34,374 bases of DNA from an uncultured Clostridia bacterium. GTDB taxonomy: Bacteria > Bacillota > Clostridia > Oscillospirales > CAG-272. The notes under the pieces are model-generated. The model was not told the origin of the DNA and ran no database searches. It saw only the letters and a program-made list of their open reading frames with translations. The stretch spans positions 1 to 34,374 of the forward strand of contig CAMOLD010000002.1 in the NCBI GenBank assembly GCA_946618395.1, in the 5' to 3' direction. Positions 1-14,694 of this stretch are shown here, one piece after another. Within the stretch, counting starts at the first letter, position 1, and every line of letters starts with the position of its first letter. The translations under genes and the position numbers were made by a program.

Positions 1-93
1 TGGCGGAGAGGGCGAGATTCGAACTCGCGGTCGGTTATTAGCCGAACACACGATTTCCAGTCGTGCGCCTTAGACCAGCTCAGCCACCTCTCC
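1..93 (-). tRNA. tRNA-Ser (anticodon GGA), class II with long variable arm, CCA encoded
   Basis: Reverse complement of 1-93 reads GGAGAGG..CGA-CT-GGA-AA-TCG..long variable arm TGTTCGGCTAATAACCGACC..GCGAG-TTCGAAT-CTCGC-CCTCTCC-G-CCA. This gives a 7-bp acceptor stem, a canonical T-loop and anticodon loop CTGGAAA. The 3' end sits at the window edge. Confidence 0.93.
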
Positions 94-107
94 GTGCCGA
101 CTTGTAT

Positions 108-136
108 ATCATACCATATTCCGCGCGCGTTGTCAA
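108..136 (-). promoter_or_regulatory. sigma-A-type promoter for tRNA-Ser
   Basis: Minus strand reads TTGACA (136-131), 17-nt spacer, TGg-TATGAT (113-108), ending 14 nt upstream of the mature tRNA 5' end. T7/A7 tracts at 143-160 lie just upstream and are UP-element-like. Confidence 0.65.
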
Positions 137-172
137 TACTTTTTTTCAAAAAAATCAAAGGGGAGCCGGGAA

Positions 173-385
173 GCCGCAATTTCCACAGGGAATTGCGGCA
201 ACTGAATCAATCCTTCGGATTGGTGATGTTCGGCTATCGCCGAGTGATGTTGCCTTGCGGCAGTGATGTTTGCCTTGCGGCAAGTGAAGGATTGATTCAA
301 CATCACTTGCAAACGTAGTTTGCAATCATCACGCAAGCGCCAGCTTGCTCATCACTTTCAGCCGCATGGCTGAAAACATCACCCT
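173..385. other. Multi-hairpin element with GTGATG/CATCAC hexamer array; function and strand unknown
   Basis: Hexamers: GTGATG at 223, 244 and 263, GTGAAG at 284, CATCAC at 301, 327, 350 and 377. Perfect hairpins: 173-199, 208-222, 230-243, 251-262, 270-283, 307-325, 333-348 and 356-375. Details are in the findings. Confidence 0.6.
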
Positions 386-471
386 CCTCTTTATGGACGA
401 AAATAGCGCACGATACTTTTGCTTTTTTAAAAATCCCTATGGAACCGACAGGAATACCGGTCCCCATTGTT

Positions 472-3168
472 TTAATATCCTGTTTTTTTGCCCCGGGCAC
501 GCCAAAGCAATTTGCGAATGAAATCTGCCGGAAAGACCGCGAGCGAAAAAAGCATGGTCAGTCCCAGCTCGCGCGGCAAAAGCGGCGTCGTTCGCAAAAC
601 GCTCCCGCCAAGATAAACAAACACGATTTGCAGGGTCAACACCGCCAGCATAATCACAATGAAAACCGGATTTTTGAAAAGCCCCGCAAACAGTTTGATG
701 CGATCGGTGCGCGCATTGAAGCAGTTGAAGACCGAACAAAAGATGAAAAAGGCAAAAAAGGCGGTGAAAAGATAGATGTTGTCGGGCGCATAGCGGAACA
801 GGGAGGTGACCAGCGGATTTTTCAGGAACAGCAGGGAGATTGCCACCGTAAAACCGCTGAGCCCGGCAATTTGGTTGACCATATAACGGTTCAAAATGCT
901 TTCCTCCCGCTTTTTGGGCGGTTCCTTCATGTAGTCTTTTCGCGGTGGTTCTCCCGCAAAGGCAAGGCCGCCCAGCGTATCCATAATCAGGTTGATCCAA
1001 AGCATTTGCACCACCGTGACCGGCGAATCGATTCCCAAAAAGGGGCAAATCATGGTCACCCCCACCGCCGAAAAGTTCATGGTGAGTTGCAGGGTGATGA
1101 ATTTGCGAATGCTTTTGAAAATGGTCCTGCCGTAAAGAACGGCGCGAACGATGGATGCCAGATTATTATCCAGAATGATGATGTCGCCGGCATCCTTTGC
1201 CACCTGCGTTCCCGAGCCCATGGCAAAACCGATGTCCGCACGGCGCAAAGCCGGCGCGTCATTGATTCCGTCCCCGGTCATTCCCGTTACCAGTCCCGCG
1301 TCCTGCGCAACGCGCACCAGCCGGCTTTTATCGGTTGGCAGTGCGCGCGCAACAACCGCCAGCCGCGGCAAAAGATCCCGCAGGCGAACATCCGAGAGGC
1401 GTGCGAGCTCGGCGCTATCCAAAATCAAGTCGATTTTCTTTCCCAAAATGCCGCAGGAGGCGGCAATTGACGCCGCGGTTTCGCGGCTGTCCCCAGTAAT
1501 CATCACAACATGGATTCCGGCATCCTGCAAGGCGCGAACCGAGGACGCCGCCTCTATGCGAATGGGGTCCGAAAGGCGCAACAGGCACAACAGGGTGAGC
1601 GTTCCGCAAATGTTACCTGCATGGGAAGGCGCCGGAATATCCTCGTTGGAAATAGCGACCGCAAGCACACGCGCTCCGCTTTTTGTCCATGTTTCCACCT
1701 GCTTTTGCGCGCTTTGCCGTTGAAAAGGAATGCGTCTTCCATCGGAGTTCACGGCGGCTTGCACAAACGGGAACAGCTTTTCCGGCGCGCCTGTTAAAAT
1801 GGTCATGTTTTGCGCTCCCCGGTAGGTAACGGCGGTATATTTTCGCGCGCTGTCAAAGGGCAGCCGGGAAGCAATGTGTGCGTTTGCGGGTGGGGCTTCC
1901 CCAATCACCGAAAGTAAAAGGGCGCGGTCGGTCGCGTTTCCGCCAAGCGGAACAGGAAGCCCTTTTTCATCGGTTCCGAGCGTGCTTTCTCCCCCATGCA
2001 TGGCAAGAAGAAAGGGAAGGTAGGCACCGCTTCGCCGCTCCAAAAAGGTCATTGGCGGCATGGCGCTTCCATCGGCAAACCAAAGCTCCCCGATGCGCAT
2101 TTTGCCCTCGGTCAGCGTCCCGGTTTTATCGGTGAACAAAAGGTTCATGCTCCCCGCTGCCTCAATTCCGACGGGACGGCGCACAAGCACCTGGTCTTTG
2201 ACCATGCGCCGGATATTGGAGGAAAGCACCACCGCCACCATCATGGGCAGTCCCTCCGGCACCGCGGTCACCACAACGGTCAGCCCCAGCGTAAAAGCAT
2301 GGAAAAGTTTGGAAAGCAGATAGGGGGTATCGGTAATTTTCATCAAAATGATTTCGCGGCGCATACCGCTGTCAATGAAAAACACGTGGAAAAGGTATGC
2401 CAGCGCAACCAGAACGGCGGCGATATAGCCCAGAACGCTGATTTGTTTTGCAAGTTTTGCCAGGCGGAGTTTGAGGGGGCTGTCGCGTTGTTCCAGCTGG
2501 ATCTCCTTGGTAATCTCGCCTAAAAAAGTTTGATCGCCGACTTCCAGAACGCCCATTTCCCCCGACCCGGAGGTGACGGTGGATCCCCGAAAGAGCGCGG
2601 ACGGGGAATCGGGCAGGAGTTTTTCATCCTGCGCGGGATATTTTGCTACGTCGTGGCTCTCCCCGGTCATGGAGGATTGGTCGGCGGTCAGGTTGCCGCG
2701 CAAAAGGAATCCGTCCGCTGGAATCAGCTCACCGGGGGAGAGCAGAACAACGTCCCCGACCACAATCTCGCCCAGTGGAATTTCCGATACCCTGCCGGAG
2801 CGGCGGACGCGGCAACGCACATTTGCCGTTTGCGCCGAGAGGCGGGCAAACGCCCGCTCGGAGGAGCGCTCCGAGAGCGTGGAAATCAAGGTTGCCAAAA
2901 AGACGGCGGCGGCAATGCCGACGGTTTCCACCCAATCCGCCGTTTTGAACAGCAAAATCAGGTTGACCGCAAGCGCCGCCAGCAGGATGCGGATGACGGG
3001 ATCGGATAAATTTCCGAAAAACTGGCGCAGAAAGGATTTTTGCGGCCGGCGGGAAAGCAGGTTGTTGCCGTGTTTTTCGCGCGAGGCAAGAACCTCGTGC
3101 GCCGAAAGTCCGTTTTCCGAAAAATCGGAAGCGCGGCGGGGTTCCGTTTTTGGTATCGTTACATTCAA
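472..3168 (-). CDS. Cation-transporting P-type ATPase, P2A (Ca2+-ATPase-like)
   Basis: 898-aa ORF. P-type motifs read in the translation: TGES (MTGESHDV), phosphorylation site DKTGTLT, PEGLP in TM4, hinge TGDGINDAPAL, and an N-terminal GLSAHEVLASREKHGNN cation-ATPase-N-like segment. TTG start at 3168 with GGAGG 9 nt upstream. Confidence 0.9.
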   Translation of the reverse strand: MNVTIPKTEPRRASDFSENGLSAHEVLASREKHGNNLLSRRPQKSFLRQFFGNLSDPVIRILLAALAVNLILLFKTADWVETVGIAAAVFLATLISTLSERSSERAFARLSAQTANVRCRVRRSGRVSEIPLGEIVVGDVVLLSPGELIPADGFLLRGNLTADQSSMTGESHDVAKYPAQDEKLLPDSPSALFRGSTVTSGSGEMGVLEVGDQTFLGEITKEIQLEQRDSPLKLRLAKLAKQISVLGYIAAVLVALAYLFHVFFIDSGMRREIILMKITDTPYLLSKLFHAFTLGLTVVVTAVPEGLPMMVAVVLSSNIRRMVKDQVLVRRPVGIEAAGSMNLLFTDKTGTLTEGKMRIGELWFADGSAMPPMTFLERRSGAYLPFLLAMHGGESTLGTDEKGLPVPLGGNATDRALLLSVIGEAPPANAHIASRLPFDSARKYTAVTYRGAQNMTILTGAPEKLFPFVQAAVNSDGRRIPFQRQSAQKQVETWTKSGARVLAVAISNEDIPAPSHAGNICGTLTLLCLLRLSDPIRIEAASSVRALQDAGIHVVMITGDSRETAASIAASCGILGKKIDLILDSAELARLSDVRLRDLLPRLAVVARALPTDKSRLVRVAQDAGLVTGMTGDGINDAPALRRADIGFAMGSGTQVAKDAGDIIILDNNLASIVRAVLYGRTIFKSIRKFITLQLTMNFSAVGVTMICPFLGIDSPVTVVQMLWINLIMDTLGGLAFAGEPPRKDYMKEPPKKREESILNRYMVNQIAGLSGFTVAISLLFLKNPLVTSLFRYAPDNIYLFTAFFAFFIFCSVFNCFNARTDRIKLFAGLFKNPVFIVIMLAVLTLQIVFVYLGGSVLRTTPLLPRELGLTMLFSLAVFPADFIRKLLWRARGKKTGY

Positions 3169-3345
3169 GGCGGTATTCCTCCAAAGAGATTTCGCCTCAT
3201 TATATGCCCGTAGCCCCGCAAAAAAGAACAGCCCGGAAACGAACTTTTCGCCAAGCGCAAACCTACATTATATATAAAAAATGCCAACTTTATGAAAAAA
3301 AGATTGAAAAGTTTTATTTTTTTGGAAAAAATTGCAAAAACACCC

Positions 3346-3374
3346 TTGACAAAACGCAAAATACGTGATACAAT
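3346..3374 (+). promoter_or_regulatory. sigma-A-type promoter upstream of rpoB
   Basis: TTGACA (3346-3351), 17-nt spacer, TGa-TACAAT (3366-3374). An A/T-rich tract lies upstream (3290-3340). Confidence 0.6.
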
Positions 3375-3613
3375 TATAAACTGCATTATAATCGCCTATC
3401 ATAGCGTTTTCCAATCTTTTTTCGGTATTTTTCGCCGTTTTTCGCCCCTGAAAAACAGGGGAAAAAGCCGGTGAAAAATTGCGGGATTTCAAACGGCTCC
3501 GAGCGTCTTTCCAAAAGGCTTTTCGGCAAAATTTGACCCGTGCCGGAAAATGCGGAAAACGGCAATGGTTTGGCGAGTTGTGACGAAATTTTTGAATGGA
3601 GTGATTGAATCAA

Positions 3614-7537
<3,924 letters not shown>

Positions 7538-7557
7538 GCAAGAACAGGAGAAAAACC

Positions 7558-10500
7558 GTGGAGAATAAGGATTTTTATTCAATCAGAATCGGATTGGCGT
7601 CCCCGGAAATGATCCGGGAATGGTCCTACGGCGAAGTTACCAAGCCGGAAACCATCAACTACAGAACGCTCAAACCCGAACCGGGCGGACTGTTCTGCGA
7701 GCGCATCTTTGGCCCAACCAAGGATGGTGCTTGTGCCTGCGGAAAATATAAAAATTCCCATAGCAAAGAAGTTCGCAAATGCGAAAAATGCGGCGTAGAT
7801 GTCACCACCAAAAAGGTGCGCCGCGAACGCATGGGGCATATTGAACTTGCAACCCCCGTTTCGCATATCTGGTATTTCAAAGCCGTGCCTTCCCGCATGG
7901 CGTTGGTGCTGGATATGTCGCCAAAGGCGCTGGAGCAGGTGCTCTATTTTGCCGAAAACGTCGTGCTGGATCCCGGACATTCCGATCTGGTGCGCGGCGC
8001 CGTTCTTTCCGAAAAATCCTATCAGGAATATAAGGAAAACTGGGGCGACGAGATTCGCTTTGGAATGGGTGCCGAGGCAATTAAAGAGCTTTTGCAGGGC
8101 ATTGACGTAGAGCAAACCTGCGAATCGCTGCGCGAAGAGCTCAAAACCGCTACCGGACAAAAGAAAACCCGCCTGATTAAGCGGTTGGAGGTTATGGAAT
8201 CCTTCCGCCGTTCGGGTAACCACCTGGATTGGATGATTTTGGATGTCATTCCGGTCACCCCTCCGGACATTCGCCCCATGACCCAGTTGGACGGCGGCAG
8301 ATTTGCCTCCTCCGACCTCAACGAGCTTTACCGCCGCGTCATCACGCGTAACGCGCGCCTGAAAAAGCTGATGGAAAGCCGGATGCCGGAAATCGTCATT
8401 CGCAACGAGAAGAGAATGTTGCAGGAAGCTGTTGACGCGCTGATCGATAACGGCAAGCGCGGCAAGCCGGTCACCGGCGCTTCCAACCGCCCGCTCAAAT
8501 CGCTTTCCGAAATGCTGCGCGGTAAACAGGGACGTTTCCGCCAAAACCTTTTGGGTAAACGCGTGGACTATTCCGGCCGTTCGGTTATCGTCGTTGGTCC
8601 GAACCTGAAAATTTACCAGTGCGGTCTGCCCAAGGAAATGGCAATCGAGCTGTTTAAGCCGTTCGTCATCAAACGCCTGGTGGAAATGGGCAAGGCAACC
8701 AACGTCAAAGACGCGCAAAAGAAGATTGACCGCGCTTATGACGCCGCAAACGAATGCGTTTGGGACGCTTTGGAAAATGTGATTAAGGAGCACCCGGTGC
8801 TTCTCAACCGCGCGCCCACGCTGCACCGCCTCTCCATTCAGGCATTTGAGCCGGTTTTGGTAGAGGGACGCGCCATCAAGCTGCACCCGCTGGTTTGCCC
8901 GGCGTTCAACGCCGACTTTGACGGCGACCAGATGCCGGTTCACGTTCCGCTTTCGGCGGAGGCGCAGGCAGAGGCAAGATTCTTGATGCTTTCTGCAAAC
9001 AACCTGCTCAAACCGATGGATGGTAAAGCAGTTACCGTTCCTTCGCAGGATATGATCCTTGGCGCATACTATCTGACTATGGAAAAGGACGGCGAGGCTG
9101 GCGAAAACGGCCGCTACCGCGACTTTAACGAGGCAATGTGCGCTTACCAGAACGGCGTTCTCGGTCTGCATGCCAAAATTTGGGTGCGCGTGGAAAAGGA
9201 GATCAACGGCGAGAAAAAGACCGCCGTTATCCACACCACGCTGGGTAGATTGATTTATAACAACGTCATTCCCCAAAACCTTGGCTTTGTGGATCGCTCC
9301 AAGCCCGAAAACCAGTTCAAACTGGAAATCGAGTTCGTTGTCAAGAAGAAAGAGCTGGGACAAATCATCGACCGTTGCATTCGCAACAACGGTCCGGCGA
9401 TTTGCGCCGACATGCTGGATGAAATCAAAGCGCTCGGCTACAAGTATTCCACCCGCGCATCTCTCTCCATTTCGGTTTACGATATGACCATTCCGAAAGA
9501 GAAGACCCCGCTCATCGAGGCGGCGCAAAAGCAGGTGGACGTTCTGAACGAGTATTACAAACGCGGTCTGTTCTCGGATGAAGAGCGCTACAACGCGGTC
9601 ATCAAACTTTGGAACAAGACCACCGACGACGTTACCGAAAAGTTGCAGGAAAGTTTCAGCAACTACAACCCAATCAAAATCATGTCGGATTCCGGTGCCC
9701 GTGGTTCGGTTGCGCAAATGCGTCAGCTCGCAGGTATGCGCGGATTGATGTTTGCAACCAACGGACGCACCATCGAAATCCCCATCAAATCCAACTTCCG
9801 CGAAGGCTTGAACATCCTGGAATATTTTATGGGTGCAAAAGGTTCGCGTAAGTCCCTGTCGGATACGGCGCTCCGCACCGCCGACTCGGGATATCTGACC
9901 CGCCGTCTGGTCGACGTTTCGCAGGATGTGATCGTCCGCGAGATCAAGTGCGACACCAAAGAGGGTGCATGGGTCACCGATATTATGGATGATAAGAACG
10001 TTCTGGAATCGCTCTCCGAGCGCATTCTGGGCAGATTCACCATGGGCCCCGTAGTGCATCCCGAAACCGGCGAAGTGCTGGTGGAGGACGACACCATGAT
10101 TACAGAGGAAATGACCAAAGCCATTGAGGCGGCGGGCATTAAGAGCGTTTGCATCCGCACGGCAATTCAATGCCATGCGCGCCACGGTATTTGCGCGCAC
10201 TGCTACGGTGCCGACCTTGCAAACGGCAAGCTTGTCAACGTTGGCGAGGCGGTTGGTATCATTGCGGCACAGTCCATTGGTGAACCGGGCACGCAGTTGA
10301 CCATGAGAACCTTCCACTCCGGCGGCGTTGCTGGTTCGGATATCACGCAAGGTCTGCCCCGTGTTGAAGAATTGTTTGAGGCGCGCCAGCCCAAAAAACC
10401 GGCGGTCATTACCGAAATTGACGGTAGCGCGCACATCAACATCGGCGAGAACATGATTCACTATGTCACCATCAATCCGGATGACACAGAGCTTTCGCCG

Positions 10501-11112
10501 CGCGAATATCAAATTCCGTATGGCACCAAACTTGCCATCATTGAAGGACAGCACCTGGCAAAGGGCGAGTCCATTACCGAAGGCAGCAAGGCTCCCGCAG
10601 ACGTGATGAAAGTGCTTGGTTTGGATGCTGTTTACGAATACCTGATCAAGGAAATTCAAAAGGTTTACCGTTCGCAGTCCTGTAACGTCAACGACAAACA
10701 CGTTGAGATTATTGCACGTCAGATGACGCGCAAGATCCAGGTGGACGACGCCGGCGATACGGAATTGCTGACCGGTTCGCGCGTGGATAAAACCACGTTT
10801 GAGGACGCAAACAGAGCCGTTCAGGAGCGGATTGACGCCGGCGAAGAAGGTCTGCGTTTCGCAACCGGAACCGTTGTGCTTCTTGGCATTACCAAGGCGG
10901 CGCTGCAAACCGAATCCTTCCTTTCGGCGGCTTCCTTCCAGGAGACCACCAAGGTGCTTACCGAGGCGGCGATCGACGGCAAGGTCGACCACTTGATCGG
11001 TTTGAAAGAAAACGTAATTATCGGCAAACTGATTCCTGCCGGAACCGGTATGGAATGCTATAAAAACATTGGCGTTCACCGCGCAGATGACGCCGATTCG
11101 GTTGCCGGATAA
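7558..11112 (+). CDS. rpoC: DNA-directed RNA polymerase subunit beta'
   Basis: GTG start with AGGAG 8 nt upstream, 20 nt after the rpoB stop. N-terminal Zn-finger CACGKYK..CEKCGV, catalytic NADFDGDQM, and C-terminal [17 protein letters not shown]. Confidence 0.97.
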   Translation: MENKDFYSIRIGLASPEMIREWSYGEVTKPETINYRTLKPEPGGLFCERIFGPTKDGACACGKYKNSHSKEVRKCEKCGVDVTTKKVRRERMGHIELATPVSHIWYFKAVPSRMALVLDMSPKALEQVLYFAENVVLDPGHSDLVRGAVLSEKSYQEYKENWGDEIRFGMGAEAIKELLQGIDVEQTCESLREELKTATGQKKTRLIKRLEVMESFRRSGNHLDWMILDVIPVTPPDIRPMTQLDGGRFASSDLNELYRRVITRNARLKKLMESRMPEIVIRNEKRMLQEAVDALIDNGKRGKPVTGASNRPLKSLSEMLRGKQGRFRQNLLGKRVDYSGRSVIVVGPNLKIYQCGLPKEMAIELFKPFVIKRLVEMGKATNVKDAQKKIDRAYDAANECVWDALENVIKEHPVLLNRAPTLHRLSIQAFEPVLVEGRAIKLHPLVCPAFNADFDGDQMPVHVPLSAEAQAEARFLMLSANNLLKPMDGKAVTVPSQDMILGAYYLTMEKDGEAGENGRYRDFNEAMCAYQNGVLGLHAKIWVRVEKEINGEKKTAVIHTTLGRLIYNNVIPQNLGFVDRSKPENQFKLEIEFVVKKKELGQIIDRCIRNNGPAICADMLDEIKALGYKYSTRASLSISVYDMTIPKEKTPLIEAAQKQVDVLNEYYKRGLFSDEERYNAVIKLWNKTTDDVTEKLQESFSNYNPIKIMSDSGARGSVAQMRQLAGMRGLMFATNGRTIEIPIKSNFREGLNILEYFMGAKGSRKSLSDTALRTADSGYLTRRLVDVSQDVIVREIKCDTKEGAWVTDIMDDKNVLESLSERILGRFTMGPVVHPETGEVLVEDDTMITEEMTKAIEAAGIKSVCIRTAIQCHARHGICAHCYGADLANGKLVNVGEAVGIIAAQSIGEPGTQLTMRTFHSGGVAGSDITQGLPRVEELFEARQPKKPAVITEIDGSAHINIGENMIHYVTINPDDTELSPREYQIPYGTKLAIIEGQHLAKGESITEGSKAPADVMKVLGLDAVYEYLIKEIQKVYRSQSCNVNDKHVEIIARQMTRKIQVDDAGDTELLTGSRVDKTTFEDANRAVQERIDAGEEGLRFATGTVVLLGITKAALQTESFLSAASFQETTKVLTEAAIDGKVDHLIGLKENVIIGKLIPAGTGMECYKNIGVHRADDADSVAG

Positions 11113-11127
11113 TCCAATTTCAAAGCA

Positions 11128-11165
11128 AAAAAGAGCCGTTCGCAAGTCGGGCGGCTCTTTGCATA
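11128..11165 (+). terminator. Hairpin terminator after rpoC
   Basis: AAGAGCCG (11131-11138) pairs with CGGCTCTT (11152-11159). It is preceded by an A-run and followed by a short T-rich stretch, so the U-tract is weak. Confidence 0.55.
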
Positions 11166-11290
11166 TTTCGGCAAAAATTGGGAAATATAATTAAATAAGA
11201 TAAATATTCATTATTTTATAAAAAAAATAGGTTATTAAACATATAAAATTGTGCATAATGTAGAAAAATTGTTGGCTGAATTTGTTTCGC

Positions 11291-11319
11291 TTGACAAATT
11301 TCGGGTAGAATGCTATAAT
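11291..11319 (+). promoter_or_regulatory. sigma-A-type promoter of the rpsL-rpsG-fusA-tuf (str) operon
   Basis: TTGACA (11291-11296), 17-nt spacer, TGc-TATAAT (11311-11319). A very AT-rich 120 bp lies upstream. Confidence 0.7.
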
Positions 11320-11452
11320 TATATGTAATCTGTTGAACTATGCCCTAACTATGCAATTTTGCAAAAGCGGGCAATTCTAATGGCAGCCCCACGCGGCGAA
11401 AGTCGAGTGTCTGTAATATAAACATTAAATTCTGGAAGAAGGAGGAAAAAGA

Positions 11453-11872
11453 ATGCCAACATTCAACCAACTTGTCAAACAAGGTCGCGGCGAAAAGGTG
11501 TATAAATCCAAGGCACCGGTTCTTCAAAAGGGTTTCAACTCGCTTAAGAACAGCGCGATCGACCAGTCGGCACCGCAGAAGAGAGGCGTTTGCACCAAGG
11601 TTTCTACCACCAGCCCGAAGAAGCCGAACTCCGCAATGCGTAAAATTGCAAGAGTCCGCCTGACCAACGGTTTGGAAGCAACGGTCTACATTCCCGGCAT
11701 CGGACACAACCTGCAAGAGCACTCGGTTGTTCTGATTCGCGGAGGAAGAGTCCGTGACCTGCCTGGTGTGCGTTACCATATCATCCGCGGAACGCTGGAT
11801 GCACAAGGCGTTGCCAACCGGCAACAAGCCCGCTCCAAATACGGAGCAAAAGCCGCTAAAAAGAAGAAGTAA
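11453..11872 (+). CDS. rpsL: 30S ribosomal protein S12
   Basis: MPTFNQLVK.., [56 protein letters not shown] lies upstream. Confidence 0.97.
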   Translation: MPTFNQLVKQGRGEKVYKSKAPVLQKGFNSLKNSAIDQSAPQKRGVCTKVSTTSPKKPNSAMRKIARVRLTNGLEATVYIPGIGHNLQEHSVVLIRGGRVRDLPGVRYHIIRGTLDAQGVANRQQARSKYGAKAAKKKK

Positions 11873-11947
11873 TTCCGAGGTTTAGCAAAACAAAAACCGA
11901 AAGCATCATTTCCGAATAGCCCGTTTGTTGTGAATTCCATAATTTAA

Positions 11948-12508
<561 letters not shown>

Positions 12509-12544
12509 TATCTGCCATAGCGAAAGCCAAGGAGATAATCATTC

Positions 12545-14629
12545 ATGCCAAGAGAATATTCACTTGAAAATACCAGAAACATTGGTATCATGGCGCATAT
12601 CGACGCGGGTAAAACCACAACCACCGAGCGTATCCTGTTCTACACAGGCAAAACGCACAAGTTGGGCGAAACCCACGACGGCAGCGCAACCATGGACTGG
12701 ATGGCACAGGAGCAGGAGCGCGGAATTACCATTACTTCTGCCGCAACCACCTGTTTCTGGAAAGGGAACCGTATCAACATTATTGATACCCCCGGCCACG
12801 TGGACTTCACCGTTGAAGTGGAGCGTTCCCTTCGCGTGCTGGACGGCGCAGTTACCGTTCTTTGCGCAAAGGGCGGCGTAGAGCCGCAGTCTGAAACCGT
12901 TTGGCGCCAGGCTGATAAATACAAGGTGCCCCGTATGGTGTATGTCAACAAAATGGACATTACCGGCGCGGACTTCTACCGCGTTGTGGATATGATCCAT
13001 ACAAGATTGCATGCCAACGGTGTTCCGATCCAATTGCCAATCGGCAAGGATATGACTTTCCGCGGCATCATTGACCTGATGACCATGGAAGCCGACATTT
13101 ATTACGATGATCTTGGTAAGGATATGCGCGTAGAGCCGATCCCGGCGGATATGCTCGAACAGGCGCAAACCTACCGCGAACAAATGGTGGAGGCAATTGC
13201 CACCACCGATGACGCGCTGATGGAAAAATACCTGGAAGGGGAAGAAATTTCCATTGACGAATTGAAAGTCGCTTTGCGTAAAGCCTGCATTGCAAACCAA
13301 ATTGTTCCCATTGTTTGCGGCACATCCTACCGCAACAAGGGCGTTCAAAAATTGCTGGATGCAATTGTAGACTTTATGCCCAACCCGACCGATATTCCCG
13401 CCATTCGCGGCACCAACCCGGACACCGGCGAGGAAGAGGATAGACACTCCTCGGATAGCGAGCCGTTCTCCGCGCTGGCATTCAAGATTATGACCGACCC
13501 GTTTGTGGGCAAGCTTTGCTACTTCCGCGTCTATTCCGGCGTGATCAATGCAGGCGACACCGTTTATAACTCCACAAAGGGCAAAAACGAGCGTTTGGGA
13601 CGCATTCTGCAAATGCATGCAAACGAACGCAAAGATATTGACTGCTGCTATTCTGGCGATATTGCCGCCGCAATCGGTGTCAAGAACACCACCACGGGCG
13701 ACACTTTCTGCGATGAAAAGCACCCGGTCATTCTCGAATCCATGGAGTTCCCGGAACCGGTTATCCGCGTTGCCATCGAGCCCAAGACCCGCGCGGGTCA
13801 GGAGAAGATGGGCATTGCGCTGGCAAAACTTGCCGAGGAAGACCCGACCTTCCGGACCTACACGGATGAAGAAACCGGTCAAACCATTATTGCCGGTATG
13901 GGCGAGTTGCACTTGGAAATTATCGTTGACCGCTTGCTCCGCGAATTCAAGGTGGAAGCAAACATCGGTAAACCCCAGGTTGCCTACAAAGAAACCATCC
14001 GCAAAAAGGTTGACCACGAATGCAAATATAAGAAGCAGTCCGGTGGTTCCGGTCAGTATGGTCACGTTAAGATCATTCTGGAGCCGAACGAACCCGGCAA
14101 GGGCTACGAGTTCATCAATGCCGTTACCGGCGGCGCAATTCCGAAGGAATTTATTCCCGCGGTTGATGCCGGTATCCAGGGCGCAATGCAATGCGGCGTT
14201 CTGGCGGGCTACAACGTTGTGGACGTGAAGGTCACGCTTTACGACGGCTCGTATCACGAAGTCGACTCTTCCGAAATGGCATTCAAGATTGCAGGTTCCA
14301 TGGCATTCAAGGAAGCAATGCGCAAAGCCGATCCGGTTCTGACCGAGCCGATGATGAAGGTGACCACCATTGTTCCCGACGATTACATGGGCGCAGTCAT
14401 TGGCGATTTCAACAGCCGCCGCGGTCAGATCCTCTCGCAGGAAGCGACCCAGAGCGGTGTGCAGGAGATCATCGCCTATGTTCCGCTTTCCAATATGTTT
14501 GGTTACGCAACCGACCTTCGTTCCAAAACGCAGGGCCGCGGACTCTATACCATGGAGCCGAGCCACTTCGCCGAGGTGCCGAAGTCGATTCAGGAAACCA
14601 TCATTAAGGAACGCAGCAACAGAAACTAA
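12545..14629 (+). CDS. fusA: Elongation factor G
   Basis: G-domain motifs [17 protein letters not shown] and NKMD. 694 aa, with AAGGAG RBS. Confidence 0.97.
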   Translation: MPREYSLENTRNIGIMAHIDAGKTTTTERILFYTGKTHKLGETHDGSATMDWMAQEQERGITITSAATTCFWKGNRINIIDTPGHVDFTVEVERSLRVLDGAVTVLCAKGGVEPQSETVWRQADKYKVPRMVYVNKMDITGADFYRVVDMIHTRLHANGVPIQLPIGKDMTFRGIIDLMTMEADIYYDDLGKDMRVEPIPADMLEQAQTYREQMVEAIATTDDALMEKYLEGEEISIDELKVALRKACIANQIVPIVCGTSYRNKGVQKLLDAIVDFMPNPTDIPAIRGTNPDTGEEEDRHSSDSEPFSALAFKIMTDPFVGKLCYFRVYSGVINAGDTVYNSTKGKNERLGRILQMHANERKDIDCCYSGDIAAAIGVKNTTTGDTFCDEKHPVILESMEFPEPVIRVAIEPKTRAGQEKMGIALAKLAEEDPTFRTYTDEETGQTIIAGMGELHLEIIVDRLLREFKVEANIGKPQVAYKETIRKKVDHECKYKKQSGGSGQYGHVKIILEPNEPGKGYEFINAVTGGAIPKEFIPAVDAGIQGAMQCGVLAGYNVVDVKVTLYDGSYHEVDSSEMAFKIAGSMAFKEAMRKADPVLTEPMMKVTTIVPDDYMGAVIGDFNSRRGQILSQEATQSGVQEIIAYVPLSNMFGYATDLRSKTQGRGLYTMEPSHFAEVPKSIQETIIKERSNRN

Positions 14630-14694
14630 TTTACCCGAAAGCTTTAAAAATTAAAAAATAAAAAAAGAAATTTATTAAACGGAGGAAATTCAAA

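Noticed and set aside
1-93. tRNA-Ser as an integration site for a mobile element
   Set aside because: The tRNA 3' end, the usual att site, is at the window edge. The 5' side carries only its promoter and core genes, with no integrase or direct repeat of the tRNA 3' end in the window.
143-160. T7-C-A7 palindrome, with a similar T7-G-A7 at 30323-30340
   Set aside because: These are A/T tracts next to promoters, consistent with UP-element-like or curved DNA. Two loosely similar copies in different positions relative to the -35/-10 elements are not enough to call a motif.
329-379. 16-codon minus-strand mini-ORF (MFSAMRLKVMSKLALA) preceded by AGAGGAGG, and other short ORFs starting at the GTGATG hexamers
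   Set aside because: The SD-to-ATG spacing is only about 3 nt. The peptide runs through two hairpins, has no toxin-like hydrophobic character, and there is no supporting context. The ATG is part of the repeated hexamer, so it is most likely coincidental.
173-385. Possible CRISPR-like or tandem-repeat array
   Set aside because: The repeated unit is only a 6-mer and occurs in both orientations. The intervening segments are self-complementary hairpins rather than spacers. No cas genes or leader are present. The element is kept as an unexplained structured element instead.
7579-11145. 1188-aa ORF antisense to the whole of rpoC, and likewise the 1104-aa ORF 4268-7582 antisense to rpoB
   Set aside because: Both lie in the codon-aligned antisense frame (triplet phase identical to the sense gene). 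In that frame a stop arises only from sense codons TTA, CTA or TCA, which these highly expressed genes almost completely avoid. The rpoC shadow ORF begins right after a sense TCA at 7576-7578, and the rpoB one right after a TTA at about 4265-4267. The translations are low-complexity, with no RBS or start context and no recognisable domains.
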